A DNA stretch of 63,741 bases, filler included, from Octopus bimaculoides (taxonomy: Eukaryota), in NCBI RefSeq assembly GCF_001194135.2. It is 7 parts of 7 records of this genome, joined end to end, with 100 filler letters (N's around TTAATTAATTAA, not from the genome) between each part and the next. Parts side by side here need not be neighbours in the genome. Positions count along the whole stretch, not along the records: positions 36,169 to 56,684 come from NC_068981.1; 6 more parts are not named here. The stretch is one strand, 5' to 3'. Below the pieces are notes generated by a model, which was not told the origin of the DNA, made no database searches, and was given only the letters and a program-made list of their open reading frames with translations. Position numbers and translations under genes: made by a program. Below are positions 38,827 through 50,867 of this stretch, one piece after another (the first letter of the stretch is position 1; every line of letters begins with the position of its first letter).

Positions 38827-38961
38827 TCGTTGTGATGCATTTGCCTGGTGTACCCTTATCAGACGGGTAGTCATGATGGGTATACTGGACTTCGTATATT
38901 TTTACCCCAGTGTCACTTTGATGGCATGCGCTGATCTCTCTATAATAATAAGAAATGGTAG
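38827..38961. repeat. 135-bp sequence identical to 41073-41207
   Basis: TCGTTGTGATGCATTTGCC...AAGAAATGGTAG; I found no difference between the two copies. Both follow a (TAA)n array. Confidence 0.95.
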
Positions 38962-38964
38962 CAT

Positions 38965-39290
38965 CTACATAAAATTACTTGAATTTCTAGGCGCATATCT
39001 TTAATCCACAGAGTTGACAAAATTACTACAACTTTTGAGAACAGAATTAACAGTGAATGAACTGCAAACAGCATTACATATTGAAATGGTTCTCTATATT
39101 AGTGTGCACTAGCGACAATACTATTTAACAACTGTAAGTCTGGAATTCAGCAATGGTGGTTTGTCGATGAAATTAATAAAAAGGATCATAGCTAAATTCA
39201 AAATATTGCTGGCCCTGATGGGGGTCTAATTAAAAGATTTGAAATAAGTTAGGGAGAAACTGTTTTTAATGAACTTTTTTTTTATATACG
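38965..39290 (+). mobile_element. Possible Penelope-like GIY-YIG C-terminal relic
   Basis: STELTKL and GLIKRFEIS resemble the STELSKYIW and LLNKRSEI motifs at the end of Penelope-like ORFs. Confidence 0.3.
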
Positions 39291-39297
39291 AGTTTCA

Positions 39298-39336
<39 letters not shown>

Positions 39337-39689
39337 TGCGTGCGCGCGTGCATATGTATAAGTCCGTGTAAATTTTTGAATAAAAAATATATATGATGCC
39401 TGCAACCTCACTATGAATGTTTATTTTCTTTTTAACTTTGTAAAAATAAATTGAAAATGGTGCTCAATTGAAAAGTATTGAGCGATTCTTCAATTTATTG
39501 TTTGACTGTTCATATATGTGGGTGGAGGCGTGGGAATGGATCAGCACAAGTTTATTTTAAGGTTCCTATGCGCGTTTCATCGTTATGGCTCTTTGCAACC
39601 CTATATTAGAGACCCCAAACACATATATGTACATGCTCAACCATAACGAACCATCAGAAAACACGGTGGTCGGAAATATGGTAAAGGAT

Positions 39690-39875
39690 GACTCGTCTGA
39701 GAAAATAACATTCTTTCACTGCTTTAGGGACCAATTCTGTAGGTTTTTACTCCACTCTAAACGCTTTGCAACGTTTGTTTTTGAAAGTAGTGGTTTTCTG
39801 ATTGCAGCCCTCCCATGAAATCCGGCTTTGTGCAGCTCCCGGCAAACAGTTTTTTGTGGAAACTGGGTTCTCGAG
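39690..39875 (-). mobile_element. Internal fragment of the same Tc1 family as 30620-31892
   Basis: Closely matches 31250-31430 (GAGAAAATAACATTCTT...CCACTCTAAACGCTTTG...GAAACTGGGTTCTCGAG). Confidence 0.9.
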
Positions 39876-40081
39876 TTTATAATCCATAAAATCTATAAAA
39901 TATTAGATTAAAAATTTAATTCAGTTTAGTAAATTTATAAAAAAAGAAAGTGAATAATAGACTACNNNNNNNNNNNNNNNNNNNNNNNNNNNNNNNNNNN
40001 NNNNNNNNNNNNNNNNNNNNNNNNNNNNNNNNNNNNNNNNNNNNNNNNNNNNNNNNNNNNNNNNNNNNNNNNNNNNNNNNN

Positions 40082-41001
40082 GGCGCTCTTCAGATCTTGT
40101 AAATTCAAAAATCGTATCCTAATATTTAAATAATGCAATAAAATAGGAAACAGTAGAAATATCTGTACGTTTAGGAAAGCAATTATTAATACAATATATA
40201 AAATGTCAAGGTTTTATAATAAAAATAATTATTTTTCAAGTTAAAGGAATAATTCTTCTAATGAAGAAATGCTTTCTGTGGATTGAGAATAAGAAAACAT
40301 ATAAAAAGATAGTGTTATTAACTATTAAATGAATTCGAACGTTTAACAGTATTAATAAAAATAGCAGCATCACTTATCTTAACGAAGATTCCTTGTTGAC
40401 TGCAGTATTACCCATGAAGCATAGATTTTATACGATGGGTGTCACGTGACAAAATGGCGTTCCTTCGTGAACACAAATATTAAACTTTCTATGTAGAATT
40501 AAAATATATTATCTAGCTCGTATCTCATCAATAATGATAAGATACGAGTTAGATAACAAAACGGAACCATATGAACCCATGCACCCTAGGATTACCTTAA
40601 AGGGCCACAAAGATAATTTTTACTTAGACCCAAAAGTTAGACTCATATGCCCAAGCAAATCTGATATAGGCAAATTAAGTAAGATAATTTTGGATAAATA
40701 TATCAATAGACTAAATAATTATCTCAAGCTTTGGACTAGCACCAATGATACCTTAAAATGGTTCAATAATTAAAGATAAAAATAGACATAAATTCATCCA
40801 AATAGATATAGATAATTATTACTCTTCTATAAATGAGATCATCCTTAATAAGGCACTTATATATGCAATGAATAAGGTTGGGATGACATATGATGAGGTG
40901 AATGTAGTAAAAATGACTAGAAAATCGCTAATTAGATATAACAATAAAATATGTGCGAGAAAGGATACTAGGACAACTTCGATATATCAATGGGGGCATT
41001 G

Positions 41002-41072
<71 letters not shown>

Positions 41073-41750
41073 TCGTTGTGATGCATTTGCCTGGTGTACC
41101 CTTATCAGACGGGTAGTCATGATGGGTATACTGGACTTCGTATATTTTTACCCCAGTGTCACTTTGATGGCATGCGCTGATCTCTCTATAATAATAAGAA
41201 ATGGTAGTATTTATTATCCGAACTTAAGCTAGAAAGCTTAAAGTTAGACGGTGGTTTATATAGGGACGACCTTATATTAGTAACTAAGGACTGCACCAAC
41301 AGAACTCTAGAATTATATAAGAAGAAAATATATAGCTTTTTCAATAGAAATGGATTGAGCATTACCATATATAATGAGCACTACAATGTTAATTATTTAG
41401 ATGTTAATCTTAATTTAATAACAGGTATAACTCAACCTTTCCATAAAAACAATGAAAACCTTAAATATATTAATGCTAAGAGTAACCACCCACCCGCAAT
41501 TAAGAAATCGTTAAGATATAGTATAGGAAAAAGAATATTGCTACTTTCCTCTAACTATGAAATTTTCCATAAACACGCACCTTACTATAATGAAACACTT
41601 CGTAAGGCGGGATATAATAATAATATAAATGTTTTTAATAATAATTCTAGCTATACCTTTAATATAAAAGAATATAATAATATAAACAATACAGATGTTT
41701 TTTTTATGATAACAAACAGAAATGTAAGAAATATAAGGTTTCCATAGATA
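40082..41750 (+). mobile_element. Penelope-like element RT pseudogene
   Basis: RITLKGHKDNF..PKVRLICPSKSDIGKLSKIILD, FIQIDIDNYYSSI-like, FDISMG, GLYRDD (41253-41270), VNYLDVNLNL, YINAKSNHPPAIKKSL, YNETLRKAGY. Interrupted at ~41003-41195 by (TAA)n plus the duplicated segment. Confidence 0.88.
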
Positions 41751-41769
41751 ACTATGATATTATAAACAA

Positions 41770-42150
41770 AGAATAAGTCCCGGGGTCGATTTGTTCGACT
41801 AAAGGCGACGCTCCATCATGGTCGCTTGGGCAAGTGTCTTCTACTATAGCCTCGGGCCGACCAAAGCCTTGTGAGTGGATTTGGTAGACGGAAACTGAAA
41901 GAAGCCCGTCGTATATATGTATAAATATATATATGTGTATGTATATGTTTGTGTGTCTGTGTTTGTCACCCCACATCGCTTGACAACCGATGCTGGTGCG
42001 TTTACGTCCCCGGCAAAATAGACCGATAGACAAAGTACTAAGCTTACAAAGAATAAGTCCTGGGGTCGATTTTCTCGACTAAAGGCGATGCTCCAGCATG
42101 GCCGCAGTCAAATGACTGAAACAAGTAAAAGAGTAAAGAGAGTAAAAGAG
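41770..42150 (+). mobile_element. Family-A SINE (tail of one copy fused to the body and tail of another)
   Basis: GAATAAGTCC..GGGGTCGAT occurs twice; internal TA/TG microsatellite; tail GACTGAAACAAGTAAAAGAG. Confidence 0.88.
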
Positions 42151-42244
42151 TATAATGATTTCACTTTGGCGTAGAGACTCTATACTTATACTTTATTTAA
42201 GAGTGAATTACATAAAAACAGGAGTTATGTAATCGTTCTCATTA

Positions 42245-42548
42245 GATTACTTATTCTATCGGTCTCTTTTGTCGAACCGCTAAGTTACGGGGACGTAAAC
42301 ACACCAGCATCGGTTGTCAAGCGATGTTGGGGGAACAAACATAAACACACAAACATACATATATACATATATATACATATATACGACGGGCTTCTCTCAG
42401 TTTCCGTCTACCAAATCCACTCACAAGGCTTTGGTCGGCCCAAGGCTATAGTAGAAGACACTTGCCGAAGGTGCCACGCAGTGGGACTGAACCCGGAGTT
42501 ATGTGTTTGGTAAGCAAGCTACTTACCACACAGCCACTCCTGCGCCTA
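42245..42548 (-). mobile_element. Family-A SINE, near full length
   Basis: Minus head GGCGCAGGAGTGGCTGTGTGGTAAG with B-box-like GGTTCAGTCCC; internal microsatellite. Confidence 0.9.
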
Positions 42549-42789
42549 TATTGCGTATTATGGGAAAATTGCTTTCCGCAATAAGTGTGCACTTCATTTA
42601 AATGACTTCGAAGAAGTTGTTGTGTGTCGTATGAGCACTCAGCTCTCAGTTCAATGCTTCTAATAGTAGAAACAGCTGTGAGCTAATGAAAATAACTCTT
42701 ATATTTTTTTTGCCGTTCATTAATTCTTATATGCAAGCGCGCTTGTGTGTTTGTGTATTTATGTACTTGCATATATTATTTACGTATAG

Positions 42790-43020
42790 ATGGGATTCAT
42801 TGCTATTGCCATACATTTCGCAAGTCCGTTGAACTGGGATAAGTTCTTGGTAATTAGGGAAGGTCCCAATAATTGCATTTACAGTTTAAACTGCCTCGTC
42901 ATGATTTTTAAGCTTTTGAAATATGAATGGGAGCTTGAACGAAATCCGATAAGCCTTACAACTTTTAACCACTTAATTCCATTAGTAATTCTCTTGAACA
43001 TCTCTGAACACAATAACCTT
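42790..43020 (+). pseudogene. Decayed protocadherin EC4-like relic
   Basis: ORF reads GFIA...LNWDKFLVIREG...ELER...ILLNISEHNN, resembling my recollection of octopus protocadherin EC4 (SFIAYV...LxHDKFQLxSLG...LDRE...IxVxDVND). Confidence 0.4.
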
Positions 43021-43472
43021 GCAGCGTACTAACAATAAATTTTAGAGTGTTTATTCTAGTTTCAACAGTGAATTGAGCTGATATTTGTAGTTCAAGCCTT
43101 CAAATCCACCGCTCAAAAAACATTCAAGAGGAGTGTTAGTATGGAAACTAATCATTGTATTTAAATAATTATTTCAGCATCGATCTCAGTACTTGACTGG
43201 TACTTTATTCTATCGACCTCGAAAACATGAAAGGCAAAGTCGAAACTCGGCGGAATTTGAACTAAAATCATAAAGAGAGAGGCAAAAATACATAAAACTT
43301 TTTTGCCGACATGTTCGAAGGTTATAATGGACACAGATTCGCGTGTCACATAGCTAGCTAGAAGCGATGGCCTCTTGGAGCTAATCAACGGCAGCGTTCG
43401 TCCTATTTTTAGGACTGCCATGTTGGCTTGGCGATAACTATTAATTATTATTATTATTATTATTATTATTAA

Positions 43473-43521
<49 letters not shown>

Positions 43522-43523
<2 letters not shown>

Positions 43524-43715
43524 GGCGGCATGCCAGGTAAAATGCTTAGCGCCATTTTGGGCCGTATTTACTTTCTGAGTTCAAATTCCGCCGAGGTCGA
43601 ACTTGCCTTTCGTCCATTCTGGATCGATAAAATAAGTACCAGTTGATCACTGGGGTCAATGTAATCAGCTTACCCCCTCCCCTAAAATTTGCTTCCTTTT
43701 GCCACAATTTGAAAC
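43522..43715 (+). mobile_element. Family-B SINE between (TTA)n and (TAG)n arrays
   Basis: TAAGGCGGC...CTGAGTTCAAATTCCGCCGAGGTCGA...AATTTGAAAC. An opposite-strand partial copy is at 43185-43300. Confidence 0.85.
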
Positions 43716-43727
43716 TACTACTACAAA

Positions 43728-43791
<64 letters not shown>

Positions 43792-44323
43792 CGTAGTCGT
43801 AGTAGTAGTAGTTCTAGTAAAAACTTACAACTACGATAGGAGCATGCCACTAACGCATATTAAATTTGAGTCAATAGTAATCATCATTCATCCACATCCT
43901 TATTATCTACATCCACCTCTTCCTTGACCTCCTCTTCCTTCTCCTCCTCATCATTATGATCGTCATCGTAGTCAAATCATAATCATATTCAACAGCTAAT
44001 GCAGAGTGAAACAAGACCACCGAGCACACAGTTATGTGCCTATGTGCTTATATAGACGTATACATACACACATACATACACACACACACAGATATATATA
44101 TATATATATATATACATGTATATATGTACATATACATATACACAAACATTTATATTAACTGCACTAACTCATTCATTCGCTCTCATTCACTCATTCACAG
44201 ATTTTGTTTCTTAAGTTAGTCTTAACATATTTATTACAAGAAATATGAAAACGCTAATTATATATAATTATGTAATAGATGAAAAATATTGGTCAAAGAT
44301 TAATATTTTATATTATTTCGACA

Positions 44324-44389
44324 AGTGTAAGAGAAAATTCTAAACTGGTTTCTGTCTTATCATGACCTCAACAGCAAGGGGTTAACTCC
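44324..44389 (+). pseudogene. Possible cadherin repeat N-terminal relic
   Basis: One frame reads SVRENSKLVSVLS*PQQQGVNS, resembling SVxENxxxGxxVxxVxAxDxDxGVNS. Confidence 0.35.
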
Positions 44390-44444
44390 TGTGTACTTGC
44401 CGAAGTATTGATGACATAATTCCGAAGTAAATACATGTGAACAC

Positions 44445-45057
44445 AGGCTGCGTGGGTAAGAGCATCGTTGTGCACTCACCTGGTTTCGGGTTCAGTACCA
44501 TTGCACAGTACCTTGAGCGAGCATATTCTACTACAATCCCGGGTCAACCAATACCTAATGAGTGAATTTGATTGACGGAAACTGTGAGGAAGCCCGTTGT
44601 AAATGTGTGTGTGACTTATTTTGATAATCGGTGTTAGTTTGTTTATATACCCGTATTTTAGCGGTTCGGTAAAGAGAGACCGACGTTAAAGAAGAGTAAG
44701 TACTAAGCTCGATTTCTTCCACTAAAACCTGCCATGGCAGTATCCCAGCATGGCTGCAATCTAATAACTGAAAAAGATGAAAGAAGAATGTATCCAATTT
44801 AGACACATATATATTTAGAACTGCTTCTAGATATTTAGAACTGTTTAGAGAAGCAAATAACTCATAACTACATCTGCATGATCAAATGATAGCTAAGTGT
44901 GTGTTAACAAAGTTGATGCACGAAACCTTAAAAAAACTGCGAACAAACTGCGTGGCACCTTGAGCAAGTGTCTTCTACTATAGCCTCGGGCCGACCAAAA
45001 TCTTGTGAGTGGATTTGGTAGACGGAAACTGAAAGAAGCCCGTAGTATACATATATA

Positions 45058-45155
<98 letters not shown>

Positions 45156-45365
45156 TGTATCTGTGTTTGTTCCCTCAACATCACTTGACAACCGATGCTG
45201 GTGTGTTTACGTCCCCGTAACTTAGCGGTTCGGTAAAAGTGACCGATAGACAAAGTACTAGGCTTACAAAGAATAAGTCCTGGGGTCGATTTGCTCGACT
45301 AAAGGCGGTGCTCCAACATTGCCGCAGTCAAATGACTGAAAGAACTAAAGGAATAAAAGAATAAA
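44445..45365 (+). mobile_element. Two family-A SINEs in tandem
   Basis: 44445-44790 is diverged; 44948-45365 is well conserved, with an internal (TG)n expanded to ~90 bp. Confidence 0.88.
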
Positions 45366-45569
45366 CTATTATTCATAATTAGTTAATTAGTTAATTGGTT
45401 GTTGCTATTATTCAAATGGATTCAAGAGGTGATTTTTTCGTCTTTTATGTTTGTGGCACACTATATCTAGGACTACATTATCTAATGTGTCTTTTATATT
45501 GTTTCTGTTTCATGTACTGCGACCATACTACAGCACTTGAAAGGTTTAGTCGAACAAATCGACTCCATT

Positions 45570-45835
45570 ACTTTTATTCTATCAGTCTGTTTTGCCCAAC
45601 CGTTAGCTTACGGGGATTTAAACAAACCAACACCTGTTGCCAAGTGATGTGAGGGGACAAACGCACACATAGAATTATACAACGGGCTTCCATACAATTT
45701 CCATCTACTAGATTCAATCACCAGGCATTGGTTGGTTTGAGGCTATACCAGAAGACACATACCCACGGTGCCGTGCAATGGGACTGAACACGAAACGACG
45801 TGTTTCCAAAGCGAGCTTCTTAACTACACAGTCAT
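45570..45835 (-). mobile_element. Family-A SINE, diverged
   Basis: Reverse complement of the family-A body (ACAACGGGCTTCC...GGGACTGAAC). Confidence 0.75.
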
Positions 45836-46009
45836 GACTGAAGAACATTTAACTGCTATTTTTAGCAAACCGAGAGACCATGTAGAGGTTCCACTGTGGG
45901 TTCATATTTAACAAGTTATTGTTTATATTACTGTATAACCCCAGTTTGATCCTGATTGAGCAGACACAATCAAAAGCGCTCTGGCCATAAATTAACCCGT
46001 CTTATTTTT

Positions 46010-46215
46010 CGATGGCGAACAGGCAGAATCGTTAGCACTGCGAGGGAAATGTTTAGCGGCATTTCTTTCAGATTTTTACATTCTGAGTTCAAATCCCGCC
46101 GAAACCAACTTTGCCTTTCATCCGTTCGGGGTCAATAAATAAAGTATCAGGCAAGTGCTGGGGAACGATATAATAGGCTTTCCGCTCTCTTCAAAGTTAC
46201 TGGCCTCGAACCCTG
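46010..46215 (+). mobile_element. Family-B SINE
   Basis: GGCAGAATCGTTAGCAC...TTCTGAGTTCAAATCCCGCCG. Confidence 0.8.
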
Positions 46216-46461
46216 AAACGAACCGGCGTCCTGTTTAAAGGAATGTAGTGATCTCGGTCGCTTATGAGTTTTAAGGCACGAGAAAAAAATTCTGACAGTT
46301 TATTCATGTAGCACATTGGTTCTCAACCGGGGTCCATATGGTCCTTGGGCAGTGAGTGGGGGGGTGTATATAATATCTTTTTAAAATTTATGTGCAACGG
46401 ATTGGTTATACTTCTATAATACACAAAATATATATGCAATTTTTTTATACAACTCCTAATA

Positions 46462-46830
46462 TGTTGTTGTTAGCACTCCGTCGCTTACGACGACGAGGGT
46501 TCCAGTTGATCCGATCAACGGAACAGCCTGCTCGTGAAATTAACGTGCAAGTGGCTGAGCACTCCACAGACACGTGTACCCTTGACGTAGTTCTCGGGGA
46601 TATTCAGCGTGACACAGTGTGACAAGACTGTCCCTTTGAATTACAGGCACAACAGAAACAGGAAGTAAGAGTGAGAGAAAGTTGTGTTCGCCACCACTTC
46701 CTGCCGGAGCCTTGTGGAGCTTTAGGTGTTTTCGCTCAATAAACACTCACAACGCCCGATCTGGGAATCGAAACCGCAATCCTATGACCGTGAGTCCGCT
46801 TCCTTAACCACTGGGCCATTGCGCACTCCA
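46462..46830 (-). mobile_element. tRNA-derived SINE (family C), second copy with 10-bp TSD
   Basis: Colinear with 1129-1515; ACTCCTAATA at 46452-46461 and 46832-46841. Confidence 0.92.
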
Positions 46831-47721
46831 CACTCCTAATACTATTTAAGTGGAAANNNNNNNNNNNNNNNNNNNNNNNNNNNNNNNNNNNNNNNNNNNN
46901 NNNNNNNNNNNNNNNNNNNNNNNNNNNNNNNNNNNNNNNNNNNNNNNNNNNNNNNNNNNNNNNNNNNNNNNNNNNNNNNNNNNNNNNNNNNNNNNNNNNN
47001 NNNNNNNNNNNNNNNNNNNNNNNNNNNNNNNNNNNNNNNNNNNNNNNNNNNNNNNNNNNNNNNNNNNNNNNNNNNNNNNNNNNNNNNNNNNNNNNNNNNN
47101 NNNNNNNNNNNNNNNNNNNNNNNNNNNNNNNNNNNNNNNNNNNNNNNNNNNNNNNNNNNNNNNNNNNNNNNNNNNNNNNNNNNNNNNNNNNNNNNNNNNN
47201 NNNNNNNNNNNNNNNNNNNNNNNNNNNNNNNNNNNNNNNNNNNNNNNNNNNNNNNNNNNNNNNNNNNNNNNNNNNNNNNNNNNNNNNNNNNNNNNNNNNN
47301 NNNNNNNNNNNNNNNNNNNNNNNNNNNNNNNNNNNNNNNNNNNNNNNNNNNNNNNNNNNNNNNNNNNNNNNNNNNNNNNNNNNNNNNNNNNNNNNNNNNN
47401 NNNNNNNNNNNNNNNNNNNNNNNNNNNNNNNNNNNNNNNNNNNNNNNNNNNNNNNNNNNNNNNNNNNNNNNNNNNNNNNNNNNNNNNNNNNNNNNNNNNN
47501 NNNNNNNNNNNNNNNNNNNNNNNNNNNNNNNNNNNNNNNNNNNNNNNNNNNNNNNNNNNNNNNNNNNNNNNNNNNNNNNNNNNNNNNNNNNNNNNNNNNN
47601 NNNNNNNNNNNNNNNNNNNNNNNNNNNNNNNNNNNNNNNNNNNNNNNNNNNNNNNNACATACATACGTATATATATATACATATATATACATTTATACAC
47701 ACACGCACACACACACACACT

Positions 47722-47781
<60 letters not shown>

Positions 47782-47789
47782 CATATATA

Positions 47790-47955
47790 CGATGGGCTTT
47801 TTTCAGTTTCCGTCTACCAAATCCATTCGTAAGGCTTTGGCCGGCTCGAGGCTTAAAGTAGAAGACACCTGCTCAAAGTGTCACGCAGTGGGACTGAACT
47901 CGGAAGCCCGTGGTTGAGAAGCAAGATTCTTATCACACAACCACTCCTGTGCCTT
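47790..47955 (-). mobile_element. Family-A SINE 5' half
   Basis: GGGCTTTTTTCAGTTTCCGTCTACCAAATCC...GGGACTGAAC...CACAACCACTCCTGTGCCT. Confidence 0.85.
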
Positions 47956-48767
47956 TAATAGGATCTTCTAAAACATCAAGTCGTTGTGGGAGTCCAACAG
48001 AAGAATATAGAAATCAAGAGGAGAAAAAAAAATCGTTGAGAAATACTTATTTAGCTCTATAGCATCTAATGTTTCCATCAGACGGTCAGTAGGTGTGCTT
48101 TCAGAGAGACTTTACTGCTATTTCTAGCATCGTGTACGTTCAGCGACCGACCACGTAGAGGTCTCCTCGTAAGTCGTGTAACTACTTATGCCTGTTAGTT
48201 TCTCTTTAAATGCACTTTCTCATAGATTCATGTATACGGCATACGAGTCAAATGGTGCATACGTAACGTTGATATGTGATTAAAGAATTAGTTGAAGATT
48301 ATATTGGGCATAATTTAATATAGTCGATTCAAAATTTGCGTTCATTAAGAACAACTTCGTAACGAATTTCGACCCAAATATTAAGTTAATTCTTCATAAT
48401 TACATATTTTTTCGTGTATGTACATGTGCGTGCGTATGTGTGTGTATGTATCAGTGTAGTATGCATGTATCTTAGAGTGTGGTGGGGGGTACGTTTGAGG
48501 GGAAAAGAGAAGGAATGAATAAAGGTTGTATATAAATATATCAAGTAGACTATTACAAATACATTTATCAATTCCACCTTATAAATTTACACAAACACTC
48601 ACACACGCACAAACTCACAAACACACACATACACATATAAGCATATACACGCTACTCACACACAAACACGCACGTAAACAGACTATTTTTAAATATATAT
48701 ATATATGTTATATACATACATGTACATATGCATATATACATATACATATATATACATACATATACAC

Positions 48768-48826
<59 letters not shown>

Positions 48827-48972
48827 TAGATATAGATATAGATATATACATATATATATATATATATATATCGTAATTACTATTATATTTGTGTGTATAT
48901 ATTTATATATATATATATGTATGTATATATGTGTGTATGTATATGTACATAGATAGATAGATAGATAGATAG

Positions 48973-49028
<56 letters not shown>

Positions 49029-49918
49029 TATAAACATATATGTATGTATATATATGTGTATATCTGCGTNNNNNNNNNNNNNNNNNNNNNNNNNNNNNNN
49101 NNNNNNNNNNNNNNNNNNNNNNNNNNNNNNNNNNNNNNNNNNNNNNNNNNNNNNNNNNNNNNNNNNNNNNNNNNNNNNNNNNNNNNNNNNNNNNNNNNNN
49201 NNNNNNNNNNNNNNNNNNNNNNNNNNNNNNNNNNNNNNNNNNNNNNNNNNNNNNNNNNNNNNNNNNNNNNNNNNNNNNNNNNNNNNNNNNNNNNNNNNNN
49301 NNNNNNNNNNNNNNNNNNNNNNNNNNNNNNNNNNNNNNNNNNNNNNNNNNNNNNNNNNNNNNNNNNNNNNNNNNNNNNNNNNNNNNNNNNNNNNATATAT
49401 ATATATATATATATATACGGCGGGCTTCTTTCAGTTTCCGTCTACCATATCCATTCACAAGGCTTTGGTCGGCTCGAGGCTATGGTAAATATTTCGTAAC
49501 TATGATGAAAATATATTGTTTGAGCTAACCGATTACCACAAGGGCGCTCAATAACTGTGTAAAGAATCATATTTAGATAGGAAAATATATGAACATACAT
49601 TTGAATGTCTGGCGTAGCGATGGCATGTCATTGATGAGGACGGGAAAGTCGACGAAAGAACGCTGACGATGCATGCTGACTGATTGAGCGATTAATGAGA
49701 CGTGCGATTAATTACTCGGTTAATGGCTAACTTGTTGGCTAATGATAATAAAAGAAATGATGTGTAACCACCGCGTGTAAGTTTATTGACTTAATGACCC
49801 TCGCAAGATACAACAAAATAGTTTATAGAAATTAGCTGCTACGTTTATACCAAACAGTTAGTGTTGTGTTCAATACAATCACAAAAAAGAATCAGAATTA
49901 AAGCAATAATATACACAC

Positions 49919-49954
<36 letters not shown>

Positions 49955-49988
49955 TGATGATGATGATGACGACGACAACGACGACGAC

Positions 49989-50030
<42 letters not shown>

Positions 50031-50061
50031 AATAATGATAATAATAATAATTATATTCACA

Positions 50062-50262
50062 GACACGACAGAGCTGGGACCTATATACACTGGAAGCTAT
50101 GCCAACACTATGGAATAACAACAGAAAAAAGATGGTATAAACACACGCCAGAAAAGGTCACAGAAAACGAGAAAGCAACTATACTCTGGGATATGCCAAT
50201 ACACACAGATAGAAAAATTAAGCCAAATAGACCAGATATAGTTGTCAAAGATCACGAAGAAA
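50062..50262 (+). mobile_element. 5'-truncated R4/Dong-type insertion directly after (TAA)n
   Basis: HRHDRAGTYIHWKLCQHYGI...ILWDMPIHTDRKIKPNRPDIVVKD (RLE region); runs into a gap. Confidence 0.85.
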
Positions 50263-50669
50263 NNNNNNNNNNNNNNNNNNNNNNNNNNNNNNNNNNNNNN
50301 NNNNNNNNNNNNNNNNNNNNNNNNNNNNNNNNNNNNNNNNNNNNNNNNNNNNNNNNNNNNNNNNNNNNNNNNNNNNNNNNNNNNNNNNNNNNNNNNNNNN
50401 NNNNNNNNNNNNNNNNNNNNNNNNNNNNNNNNNNNNNNNNNNNNNNNNNNNNNNNNNNNNNNNNNNNNNNNNNNNNNNNNNNNNNNNNNNNNNNNNNNNN
50501 NNNNNNNNNNNNNNNNNNNNNNNNNNNNNNNNNNNNNNNNNNNNNNNNNNNNNNNNNNNNNNNNNNNNNNNNNNNNNNNNNNNNNNNNNNNNNNNNNNNN
50601 NNNNNNNNNNNNNNNNNNNNNNNNNNNNNNNNNNNNNNNNNNNNNNNNNNNNNNNNNNNNNNNNNNNNN

Positions 50670-50770
<101 letters not shown>

Positions 50771-50867
50771 CAGTACCAGGCACTGGCTCTCATGGCTTCT
50801 GACCTTAACTGATTAAAAGTATTATCATGTACATGTTTTGTCTTGGTATAAAAGATGCACTACAGAA

